DNA from: an uncultured Thiothrix sp.
GTDB lineage: Bacteria; Pseudomonadota; Gammaproteobacteria; Poriferisulfidales; GCA-002705445
NCBI GenBank assembly: GCA_902595225.1
Contig: CACJPG010000002.1
Coordinates: forward strand, 65,151 to 129,150
Direction of reading: 5' to 3'
DNA: 64,000 nucleotides
Positions 23,581 through 30,569 of the stretch are shown here, in pieces. A program made the position numbers and the translations under genes. Each line of letters begins with the position of its first letter. Position 1 is the stretch's first letter. Below the pieces are notes generated by a model, which was not told the origin of the DNA, made no database searches, and saw only the letters and a program-made list of their open reading frames with translations.

Positions 23581-23611
23581 AATACTTCGAAAAATTGCTA
23601 TAAAGAGATTA
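23581..23611 (+). repeat. second upstream element, copy T2a (AATACTTCGAAAAATTGCTATAAAGAG...)
   Basis: Shares about 28 nt with 25484-25513 and 27781-27810. Followed by a truncated copy of the atgaaaaataa... start seen at 25514. Confidence 0.6.
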
Positions 23612-23646
23612 ATGAAAAATAAGTTTTTTTAAAGAAGGATCAAAAA

Positions 23647-23973
23647 ATGATAAGTATGAAATGGGTACTTTATATTATTGGTGTATCAAGTTGGATACTA
23701 TTTTTATATCAGAATACTGCAGAGAAATATGGATTCATGTCTGGCACCTTCTTTATGAACGGATACGGATTCTTAACAGGATTAATATCAGTAATTGTAT
23801 GCATTTTTTTGATGAGTGAGTTTTATGATTATTTAGAAATACTAGGAAGTTATTTTTTATTTCTATTAATTGCTGGTGCTTTAATTGGCGGATTGAAACA
23901 TCATGCACAGGGTTTAGGTTTATTTGGTCTTGTAATAGGGTACGTTTTATTTTTTATAAATAAATTTATTTAA
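23647..23973 (+). CDS. cassette 5, ORF a: small polytopic membrane protein
   Basis: 108 aa with 3-4 hydrophobic segments. Confidence 0.55.
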   Translation: MISMKWVLYIIGVSSWILFLYQNTAEKYGFMSGTFFMNGYGFLTGLISVIVCIFLMSEFYDYLEILGSYFLFLLIAGALIGGLKHHAQGLGLFGLVIGYVLFFINKFI

Positions 23974-23985
23974 CATGTTAAGAAA

Positions 23986-24741
23986 ATGAAAACCAAACTA
24001 CTCACAATCTGTTTACTCTTATTCACTTCGCAAGTGTTTGCAGAAGAATGCAAAGGAACAGATAAATCTAAGTGGAATAGTTGCATTGGCATAATAGATA
24101 CTTTTGAAAAAATAGAAGAAACAGATACAACGGAGGTTTGGGGTAGTGAAAAAATAGAAGGAAGATATGAGGGTGGTTTTGAACAAGGGTTATTTACTTC
24201 ACAATTTGAAGAAAAAATTATTCATAAAAATATTATTGTAAACGGTAAACATTTCTCAACCAGCAATCGTGGTTTTATGACTGGAAATTTTAAAGATGGA
24301 GTGCAAATAGGTTTATGGGGAGAATGTATCACTACCAATAACAGGTACAAACAATATAATCAGTTTGAAATTGGTAACTATAATAAACACGGGATTCGTG
24401 ATGGAGTTTGGGGACGTTTTTATTATGAAACAACTGCTTTTGATGGAAGTTTTGAAAAAACAGGATGTCATAAAAAAACAGTAGAATTATTTCTTGATAA
24501 AGAAAATTTATGCTCACAAAAGAAAAACAGTCATTTTGCAAGTTTTGAAACATATCTTAATGGCGAGAAAGTATCGGATTTTAACAAACTTTCTTGCAGA
24601 GGTCCGTCTGAATTTATTAATGGTTGGTTGGATTATATATCTACAATTGATGAAGAAAAATTATATTGTGAAGATACTTCATGCAAAAAACCAAGTAATA
24701 CCGACCCAGAATATGCAGAATGGATAAAGAATTTTGAATAA
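23986..24741 (+). CDS. cassette 5, ORF b: secreted protein with degenerate MORN/YwqK-like repeats
   Basis: 251 aa, MKTKLLTICLLLFTSQVFA/EECKG...W.SC.G. This N-module is shared with 27811 and 35688. Has G.xxG-type repeats (NFKDGVQIGLWGE, NKHGIRDGVWGRF). Confidence 0.55.
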   Translation: MKTKLLTICLLLFTSQVFAEECKGTDKSKWNSCIGIIDTFEKIEETDTTEVWGSEKIEGRYEGGFEQGLFTSQFEEKIIHKNIIVNGKHFSTSNRGFMTGNFKDGVQIGLWGECITTNNRYKQYNQFEIGNYNKHGIRDGVWGRFYYETTAFDGSFEKTGCHKKTVELFLDKENLCSQKKNSHFASFETYLNGEKVSDFNKLSCRGPSEFINGWLDYISTIDEEKLYCEDTSCKKPSNTDPEYAEWIKNFE

Positions 24742-24847
24742 CTGCACTATCACCTTCAAGTCACTTCTATCACAGTGGAATGAGTTTCATTGGAAAGGAT
24801 GGGTCAGTCCTAATTTTACAATCTCAAAATAATCCGTATTATTAAAG
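24742..24847 (+). repeat. repeat R5: type B left arm (1-nt deletion), core tctatcacagtggaatga (V to I), right arm, promoter-like module
   Basis: ctgcactatcaccttcaagtcacttctatcacagtggaatga gtttcATTGGAAAGGATGGgtcagtcctaatTTTACA-16-TATTAT. Confidence 0.8.
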
Positions 24848-24879
24848 ACATAAAAATATAAGAATTATATGAGACAAAG

Positions 24880-25320
24880 ATGGGATTATTTAGTTCAAAA
24901 CAAAACATTAGTAACGAAGGGGTATTTAAAAGTATTGTTGATACTATTGGATTTTTGAACTATTTTTTTACAGAAGTAGAAAAAGAAGATTTTACTAAGA
25001 ATACCAGTGAAGGCGTAAAATTTTTTGGAAGATTTTGTTATAATTTTGATGACATGTTTTATTATGCACTTGGTCGTGCAAATATCAAATTAAATAAAGA
25101 GCAAAAGCATAATGTGAAACTTGCATGTGGTTTAATCAGGGATTCACTTTGGGAACCAGAAATAAATGAGATTAAAAATTGTGTTGAGAAATTCTCAGAT
25201 TATCATAAACAAGCAAATGGAAAGTTGATTGCAGGATCTGACCATCCGATGTTTAAGGACTCGGCAACAAAAGTATTTAGAAAAGAACTCGCAGAGCATG
25301 GCATTACTTTTGTTGATTAG
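24880..25320 (+). CDS. cassette 6: hypothetical protein without a signal peptide
   Basis: 146 aa, no hydrophobic N-terminus. One of the few cargo ORFs with neither a signal peptide nor a TM segment. Confidence 0.5.
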   Translation: MGLFSSKQNISNEGVFKSIVDTIGFLNYFFTEVEKEDFTKNTSEGVKFFGRFCYNFDDMFYYALGRANIKLNKEQKHNVKLACGLIRDSLWEPEINEIKNCVEKFSDYHKQANGKLIAGSDHPMFKDSATKVFRKELAEHGITFVD

Positions 25321-25363
25321 CAACACTATCACCTCCAAGTCACCTTCCGTAACAGTGGAGTGA
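25321..25363 (+). repeat. repeat R6: type B left arm plus core tccgtaacagtggagtga; right arm degenerate or absent
   Basis: caacactatcacctccaagtcaccttccgtaacagtggagtga, then unrelated tgttaaacagttgg.... Confidence 0.7.
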
Positions 25364-25463
25364 TGTTAAACAGTTGGTTATGTAATGGGTAAATCGTAAA
25401 AATAGAATTCAGTAAGTATAAGGGTTTTAAGATGTCAGTTTTAGGGTAGTTTAGAGAACGATT

Positions 25464-25513
25464 GGAATGAGGAAAAACTATAAAAATATTTCAAAAATTG
25501 CTATAAAGAGAAT
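25464..25513 (+). repeat. second upstream element, copy T2b
   Basis: ggaatgaggaaaaactataaaaatatttcaaaaattgctataaagagaat compared with 27761-27810 ggaataaggaagaactataaaaatacttaaaaaattgctataaaggaagt gives 43/50 identical by hand count. Confidence 0.7.
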
Positions 25514-25678
25514 ATGAAAAATAATATGAAAGAGTGTGAAGGGTGTGGAAATACAGTTGCAGTATATGCTAATAAATGCCCTAACTGCGGTGCATATACA
25601 CATAAAAGTTTTCAAATAATAGAACTTATTTTTGCAATCTTGACAGTCTCCTTCATTGTATGGTGGTTTATATTGTAA
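25514..25678 (+). CDS. cassette 7, ORF a: small zinc-ribbon protein with a C-terminal TM anchor
   Basis: Below the ORF-track cutoff. Hand translation gives MKNNMKECEGCGNTVAVYANKCPNCGAYTHKSFQIIELIFAILTVSFIVWWFIL (54 aa) with CxxC-x10-CxxC and a hydrophobic tail. Confidence 0.5.
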   Translation: MKNNMKECEGCGNTVAVYANKCPNCGAYTHKSFQIIELIFAILTVSFIVWWFIL

Positions 25679-25745
25679 TGAAATATTCCATTACAATAAA
25701 AAATATCCACACCTACAAAATAACAATTACCCGTATCACGAAAAA

Positions 25746-26396
25746 ATGAAAACCAAACTACTCACAATCTGTTTGCTCTTAGTCACCTCGCAGGTGTTTG
25801 CAGAAGAATGGGCGAATATTTATACTAATAGCGGTGATAAACTTCAAATAGCATTGCCTGACGGGTATTGTGATATTACTCAAACAAATGAAGGTAAATT
25901 TATACTTAATCACTTGAATAAGACAAAACGAAATCTTTCTATTTATAAAAATTTTGAAGCAAAAATTGTATATAATTTATGTGGAAAAAAATATGATTAT
26001 CCATGGGGTTATATATTTTTTAATAATCAAAAATATTCTTCTTCATACACACAAACAGATTTAAACAAACTTGAATCTTCCTCTTTCAATAAAACTTATA
26101 TAAATGAAATAAAAGAAAAAACAAATAAAAGTCATGATATTAATAATCAAGATATAAAAATAGAGTCAGTAGATAGACCTGAATTAGTTTGGGAGGACAA
26201 AAATGCACTGATTTTTTATACCAATATACAGGCAAATATTGAAGGGCAGAAGTTTATTGAAGAGGTAACAGGTAGCACTATTTTATTTAATGGTTACCAA
26301 TTTTCTATGTACATTTATGACAAAAAAGGCGCGCAAAATTCTCTTCATAATTCTCAGTTACTTTTAAATGCTGCTAAATCGACTAAAAGTAGGTAA
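25746..26396 (+). CDS. cassette 7, ORF b: secreted protein of unknown function
   Basis: The track ORF starts at 25656. The internal ATG at 25746 gives the conserved MKTKLLTICLLLVTSQVFA/EE signal peptide, so it is the preferred start (216 aa). Confidence 0.6.
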   Translation: MKTKLLTICLLLVTSQVFAEEWANIYTNSGDKLQIALPDGYCDITQTNEGKFILNHLNKTKRNLSIYKNFEAKIVYNLCGKKYDYPWGYIFFNNQKYSSSYTQTDLNKLESSSFNKTYINEIKEKTNKSHDINNQDIKIESVDRPELVWEDKNALIFYTNIQANIEGQKFIEEVTGSTILFNGYQFSMYIYDKKGAQNSLHNSQLLLNAAKSTKSR

Positions 26397-26429
26397 ATTA
26401 TATACTTACTAAGTAGTTACTAAGTAAAT

Positions 26430-26801
26430 ATGAAAACCAAACTACTCACAATCTGTTTGCTCTTATTCACCTCGCAAGCGTTTGCAGGATGGACTGAGGT
26501 TGGTAAAAATAGCAGTGGTACAATTTTTTATGTAGACTTTGATAGAACTAAAGAGCATAACGGTTATAAATATTTTTATATGTTAGGTGATTACTTGACA
26601 CCATATAACAATGTTTTATCAACTGAATATTATATTCAACTTGATTGTAATAAATATAGATATAGACATATCAGTTTTATATTTTATGATCAATCCATGG
26701 GTAAAGGAAACGGCAGAGTAGATAACGAAATGATGAAGTGGGAAAATATAACTAAAGGTACTATGAATTATACTGTTAGTAAAAAAGTTTGCGATCGCTA
26801 A
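26430..26801 (+). CDS. cassette 7, ORF c: secreted protein, Adhesin_E-like family
   Basis: 123 aa, MKTKLLTICLLLFTSQAFA/G, then WTEVGKNSSGTIFYVDFDR...YIQLDCNKYRYR...GKGNG...W.NI...VC. Confidence 0.6.
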   Translation: MKTKLLTICLLLFTSQAFAGWTEVGKNSSGTIFYVDFDRTKEHNGYKYFYMLGDYLTPYNNVLSTEYYIQLDCNKYRYRHISFIFYDQSMGKGNGRVDNEMMKWENITKGTMNYTVSKKVCDR

Positions 26802-26836
26802 AACAATATTAAAATATATCAGTGTTTGATGCATAA

Positions 26837-26945
26837 TTACACTATCACCTCCAGCACAAATTCCGTCACCGTAGAATAATTTTGTATGGACAGGGTGGGT
26901 CAGTCCTAATTTTACAATATTAAAATAATTGGTATTATTGAAAGA
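26837..26945 (+). repeat. repeat R7: type B left arm, core tccgtcaccgtagaataa, right arm, promoter-like module
   Basis: ttacactatcacctccagcacaaattccgtcaccgtagaataa ttttgtaTGGACAGGGTGGgtcagtcctaatTTTACA-16-TATTAT-7-ATG. Confidence 0.8.
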
Positions 26946-27701
26946 ATGAAAACCAAACTACTCACAATCTGTTTACTCTTATTTACTTCACAGGTGTTTG
27001 CAGAAGGTAAATGGACTTCAACAAATAAACCTAATTGCTTAGTATGGGATCCGGCACCTAGAGACGAACAGACTGTTACATGGTCAGGAGAATGTAAATC
27101 TGGGAAAATACATGGCAAAGGTTTATTAACATGGAATTTTAAAACAAATGGTACACCTCAAACTCAATTAAACGAAGGTGAATTTAAAAATGGACGATTT
27201 TTTGGTCGATTTAAATATACATTTGAAAATGGTGATATATATATTGGTGATGTGCATGAGGAAACTGGAGATATGCACGGACGAGGCACTTATAAATATA
27301 TCAATGGTGATAAGTACGTTGGTGAATATAAGAATGGTCTACTTCACGGACGAGGCACTGCTACCTTAGCAGATGGAGCAGAATATGTTGGAGAATTTAA
27401 AGAAGACAATATGCACGGACGAGGCACTTTTACTTTTCCTGATGGAGAACAGTACATAGGCGAGTGGAAAGAAAATGTTATGCACGGACGAGGCACTTAT
27501 AATTATGCCAATGGTGATAAGTACGTTGGTGAGTACAAGAATGACAATATGCACGGACGAGGCACTTTTACTTATCACAATGGTGATAAGTACGTTGGCG
27601 AGTGGAAAGAAAATGTTATGCACGGACGAGGCACCTACACTTTTGCAGATGGAACAAAAAAAATTGGTCAATTTAAGAATGACGAATATATCGGCAAATA
27701 A
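26946..27701 (+). CDS. cassette 8, ORF a: secreted MORN-repeat protein
   Basis: 251 aa, conserved signal peptide, then about 8 MORN units (Y.GE.KN...HGRGT..Y.NGDK). Confidence 0.8.
   Translation: MKTKLLTICLLLFTSQVFAEGKWTSTNKPNCLVWDPAPRDEQTVTWSGECKSGKIHGKGLLTWNFKTNGTPQTQLNEGEFKNGRFFGRFKYTFENGDIYIGDVHEETGDMHGRGTYKYINGDKYVGEYKNGLLHGRGTATLADGAEYVGEFKEDNMHGRGTFTFPDGEQYIGEWKENVMHGRGTYNYANGDKYVGEYKNDNMHGRGTFTYHNGDKYVGEWKENVMHGRGTYTFADGTKKIGQFKNDEYIGK
27273..27686 (+). repeat. 69-bp (23-codon) tandem repeats inside the MORN gene
   Basis: The cacggacgaggcac motif recurs at 27276, 27345, 27414, 27483, 27552 and 27621, an exact 69-nt period. Confidence 0.85.
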
Positions 27702-27760
27702 TTAAATCATCATTACTTGTTAATTATTCCATTCCTATAGTAACTTCAAAATAAATTTCT

Positions 27761-27810
27761 GGAATAAGGAAGAACTATAAAAATACTTAAAAAATTGCTA
27801 TAAAGGAAGT
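27761..27810 (+). repeat. second upstream element, copy T2c
   Basis: See T2b. Directly precedes the ATG at 27811. Confidence 0.7.
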
Positions 27811-28329
27811 ATGAAAACCAAACTACTCACAATCTGTTTACTCTTATTTACTTCACAGGTGTTTGCAGAAGAATGCAAAGGAAATTATTGGGATAATTGT
27901 TACAGCGCATACACTTTTACCGGTAAGTATGCAGGTGATAAATACATTGGCGAATGGAAGGATAACAAAATGCACGGACTCGGCACTTATACTTATGCCA
28001 TTGGAGATAAATACGTAGGTGAGTTTAAAAACGGAGATTTTCACGGACTTGGCACTTACACTTATGCCAGTGGAGATAAATACTTTGGTGAATATAAAAA
28101 TAATAACAGACATGGACAAGGCACTTACACTTATGCCAGTGGAGATAAATACTTTGGTGAATATAAAAATGATGAAAGATATGGACAAGGCACTTACACT
28201 TATGCCAACGGAGACAAATACGCTGGTGGATTTAAAAATGGCAAGTTTCACGGACAAGGTACTTACACTTATGCCAACGGAGACAAAGAAGTTGGTCAAT
28301 GGGAAAACGACGCATACGTCGGCAAATAA
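27811..28329 (+). CDS. cassette 8, ORF b: secreted MORN-repeat protein
   Basis: 172 aa, MKTKLLTICLLLFTSQVFA/EECKG..., with about 5-6 MORN units (GTYTYA.GDKY.GE.KN...HG.). Confidence 0.8.
   Translation: MKTKLLTICLLLFTSQVFAEECKGNYWDNCYSAYTFTGKYAGDKYIGEWKDNKMHGLGTYTYAIGDKYVGEFKNGDFHGLGTYTYASGDKYFGEYKNNNRHGQGTYTYASGDKYFGEYKNDERYGQGTYTYANGDKYAGGFKNGKFHGQGTYTYANGDKEVGQWENDAYVGK
27970..28310 (+). repeat. 69-bp tandem repeats inside the second MORN gene
   Basis: Unit-start codons at 27973, 28042, 28111, 28180 and 28249, period 69 nt. The units starting at 28111 and 28180 are nearly identical. Confidence 0.85.
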
Positions 28330-28438
28330 TTACTCTGTCACCTCCAACTCACCTTCCGTCACCGTGGAATAATTTTGTATGGACATGATGGGTCAGTCCT
28401 AATTTTACAATCTCAAAATAATCAGTAATATCAGTAGT
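28330..28438 (+). repeat. repeat R8: type B left arm, core tccgtcaccgtggaataa, right arm, promoter-like module
   Basis: ttactctgtcacctccaactcaccttccgtcaccgtggaataa ttttgtaTGGACATGATGGgtcagtcctaatTTTACA-16-TAATAT-7-ATG. Confidence 0.8.
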
Positions 28439-28780
28439 ATGAAAACCAAACTACTCGCAATCTGTTTACTCTTATTCACCTCGCAGGTGTTTGCGGCAGA
28501 TGTATTTGTATGTTCTTATAAAAATTATAAAAACGAGACACGTACATACACTTATATCAGAAAAGATGATGGTAAATTTGTTACCTTTTTAGACGATGTT
28601 GAAATTCCAATGGTAAAAACATATGAAGATAATACATACTTACATCTTGTAGTGTCATTTGAAAATTATTTATTCGCTAGGGTAATTAACAAAATAACTA
28701 AAAAGGTTGAGCAAGTGGGTATAGAAGAATCTAAAACATCAACTGTAGATAAAGTTTATGGAACTTGTAAGGTTAGATAA
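28439..28780 (+). CDS. cassette 9, ORF a: small secreted protein
   Basis: 113 aa, MKTKLLAICLLLFTSQVFA/A. Confidence 0.6.
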   Translation: MKTKLLAICLLLFTSQVFAADVFVCSYKNYKNETRTYTYIRKDDGKFVTFLDDVEIPMVKTYEDNTYLHLVVSFENYLFARVINKITKKVEQVGIEESKTSTVDKVYGTCKVR

Positions 28781-28823
28781 AAAAACGTAATCTACTTTAT
28801 AATAACAACTGAGGTACAAAAGT

Positions 28824-29180
28824 ATGAATATGATTGAATCTGTGACTACATGTTTAAGTAAATATTTTACGTTTGAAGGAGTTGCGACAAGACCAGAATA
28901 TTGGTGGTTCCAATTATTTTATTTCATAGTGATAATAGTCGGTATTGTGCTTGATGGTAATTCTACAAATTCCTGGGATCGAAATTATTACGGATATTGG
29001 GAACTAATATTTACATTATTATTTTTTATACCAGCAATTTCAGTGAGTTGTAGAAGACTTCATGATTTGGGTAAGTCAGGATGGTGGCAATTAATTGGGA
29101 TTACAATTATTGGTCTTATTCCATTGATTTACTGGTTTTGCAAAGAGGGAGGAGTTACAAGCAAATATTCTAGTGAATAA
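28824..29180 (+). CDS. cassette 9, ORF b: DUF805-family inner membrane protein
   Basis: 118 aa with F.G.ATRPEYWWF and RRLHDLGKSGWW motifs. Diverged paralog of 23089-23457. Confidence 0.75.
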   Translation: MNMIESVTTCLSKYFTFEGVATRPEYWWFQLFYFIVIIVGIVLDGNSTNSWDRNYYGYWELIFTLLFFIPAISVSCRRLHDLGKSGWWQLIGITIIGLIPLIYWFCKEGGVTSKYSSE

Positions 29181-29288
29181 TTGCACTATCACCTCCAACT
29201 CACATTCCGTAACAGTGGAATGAGTTCGTTTGGAAAGGGTGGGTCGGTCTGAATTTTACATTTTTTAAATATTCCGTATTATTTAAAT
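29181..29288 (+). repeat. repeat R9: type B left arm, core tccgtaacagtggaatga, right arm, promoter-like module
   Basis: ttgcactatcacctccaactcacattccgtaacagtggaatga gttcgtTTGGAAAGGGTGGgtcggtctgaatTTTACA-16-TATTAT-6-ATG. Confidence 0.8.
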
Positions 29289-29702
29289 ATGAAAATTAAA
29301 CTACTCGCAATCTGTTTACTTTTATTATCCTCGCAAGTGTTTGCGGATCCTGATTATAAGTGGAAGTATATGGCAGAAGGAAAGACTTATTTTTGGTATT
29401 GGGATAGCAAAAATTTGACTGAAAAAAATGATAATTATCTTTTGTGGGTATTATATGATAATAAATATATAGAAAAAGGTATAGGTTCTCAGGTTGCGCT
29501 AATTGAAATTGATTGTGCTTACAACAGATATAAGAATATTTACATAGAGTCTTATGATGGCCAAATGGCAAAAGGGAGAATGCTACATAAAATGAGTTCT
29601 GAAGATTTGCCAGATCATGATTTATGGAAATGGACTTTCATGATAAAAAATAAAAATATCCATAATTTATATTTTCTTTCTTATTGTGATAAAAGGAAAT
29701 AA
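29289..29702 (+). CDS. cassette 10: secreted protein, Adhesin_E-like family (divergent)
   Basis: 137 aa, MKIKLLAICLLLLSSQVFA/D, then W.Y....YFWYWDSKNL......LLWVLYDN....S.VALIEIDCAYNRYK...Y.G.MAKG...W.W....YCD. Confidence 0.5.
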   Translation: MKIKLLAICLLLLSSQVFADPDYKWKYMAEGKTYFWYWDSKNLTEKNDNYLLWVLYDNKYIEKGIGSQVALIEIDCAYNRYKNIYIESYDGQMAKGRMLHKMSSEDLPDHDLWKWTFMIKNKNIHNLYFLSYCDKRK

Positions 29703-29724
29703 TTGAATTTTAAGTGAATATAAG

Positions 29725-29830
29725 CCCCCTGTTTAAACAAACGAAATCAGTCACAGTGGAGTAGTTGCTTTTAGGAAGGATGGGTCCGTCCTAATTTTAC
29801 AATCTCAACAATAATTCGTATTATTGAAGT
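29725..29830 (+). repeat. repeat R10: degenerate type A left arm, core tcagtcacagtggagtag, right arm, promoter-like module
   Basis: ccccctgtttaaacaaacgaaatcagtcacagtggagtag ttgcttttaGGAAGGATGGgtccgtcctaatTTTACA-17-TATTAT-6-ATG. The spacer aaacgaaatcagtcac is shared with R1. Confidence 0.75.
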
Positions 29831-30190
29831 ATGAAAACTAAATTATTGATAACCTGCTTGTTATTTGCACCCTTATTAAGTTGGGGAGTAGATATGATTT
29901 CACCAATAAATTTTAATCCAACCCCTGCGAACAAGAATAAAGTAATTTCGTTTATTAAATATAATGTTAAAGAAACATATTCAAGAATTGGAATGGACAG
30001 TGAGTCAACTTTAAGAATGATGGAAGAAGAAGAGTTGAGGTGTTTTAAAGAACTTACAAAAGTACAAGATATCAATTTATTAAAGAGAGTTAAACGACAA
30101 CTTTGCAACATCGGTATGTGCACTTATTCTACTATTCTCATGATGTACAATGAAGAAGTCAGAGCGTCTAAAAAAAATCTTGAGTGGTAA
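29831..30190 (+). CDS. cassette 11, ORF a: small secreted protein
   Basis: 119 aa, MKTKLLITCLLFAPLLSWG.... Confidence 0.55.
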   Translation: MKTKLLITCLLFAPLLSWGVDMISPINFNPTPANKNKVISFIKYNVKETYSRIGMDSESTLRMMEEEELRCFKELTKVQDINLLKRVKRQLCNIGMCTYSTILMMYNEEVRASKKNLEW

Positions 30191-30203
30191 AATATAATAA
30201 AAA

Positions 30204-30548
30204 ATGAAAACCAAACTACTCACAATCTGTTTACTCTTATTTTCATCACAAGTGTGTGCAGAGACTTGGTCATGCACTTATGAGTTTAATGGCGAAACAA
30301 AAATCAAAGTTTTTTCTATTAAAGAAAATAAAGTTTATTCTAATGGAGAATTATATCAAAGTGCTAAAATACTTCTGAATAATAAAAATGTCATACACAT
30401 ATATACGAGTTATCCTCATATTGGTGATGTAACATTTTTTGCAGAAGTTTATAATAGAACCAACAAGAGATTTTCAATGGCAGCGATTAGTGCAATTAAA
30501 AATGAAAAATATGCTATTATTGAGGGTGATTGTATAATTACTAAATAA
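30204..30548 (+). CDS. cassette 11, ORF b: small secreted protein
   Basis: 114 aa, MKTKLLTICLLLFSSQVCA/E. Confidence 0.6.
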   Translation: MKTKLLTICLLLFSSQVCAETWSCTYEFNGETKIKVFSIKENKVYSNGELYQSAKILLNNKNVIHIYTSYPHIGDVTFFAEVYNRTNKRFSMAAISAIKNEKYAIIEGDCIITK

Positions 30549-30569
30549 AAATAATAAAAAGAGGATATC

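Noticed and set aside
25656-25745. The upstream start at 25656 given by the ORF track for the 246-aa ORF
   Set aside because: The extension (MYGGLYCNEIFHYNKKYPHLQNNNYPYHEK) overlaps the zinc-ribbon ORF and precedes a perfect copy of the shared MKTKLLTICLLL signal peptide. The ATG at 25746 is much more plausible.
27366-28299. Long antisense ORFs 27366-27671 (-) and 27853-28299 (-), and alternate-frame ORFs 27178-27369, 27475-27705 and 28019-28372 (+), over the MORN genes
   Set aside because: They are by-products of the 69-bp tandem repeats, where every frame stays open with repetitive low-complexity translations. The MORN frame has the signal peptide and the canonical repeat consensus. ORF 28019-28372 ends in ...SVTVE only because it runs into repeat core R8.
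21184-29830. Left and right arm palindromes acting simply as Rho-independent terminators
   Set aside because: The arms are separated by loops of about 25-35 nt and are not followed by a T-tract, so they do not look like intrinsic terminators. A structural role in single-stranded DNA or RNA is not excluded.
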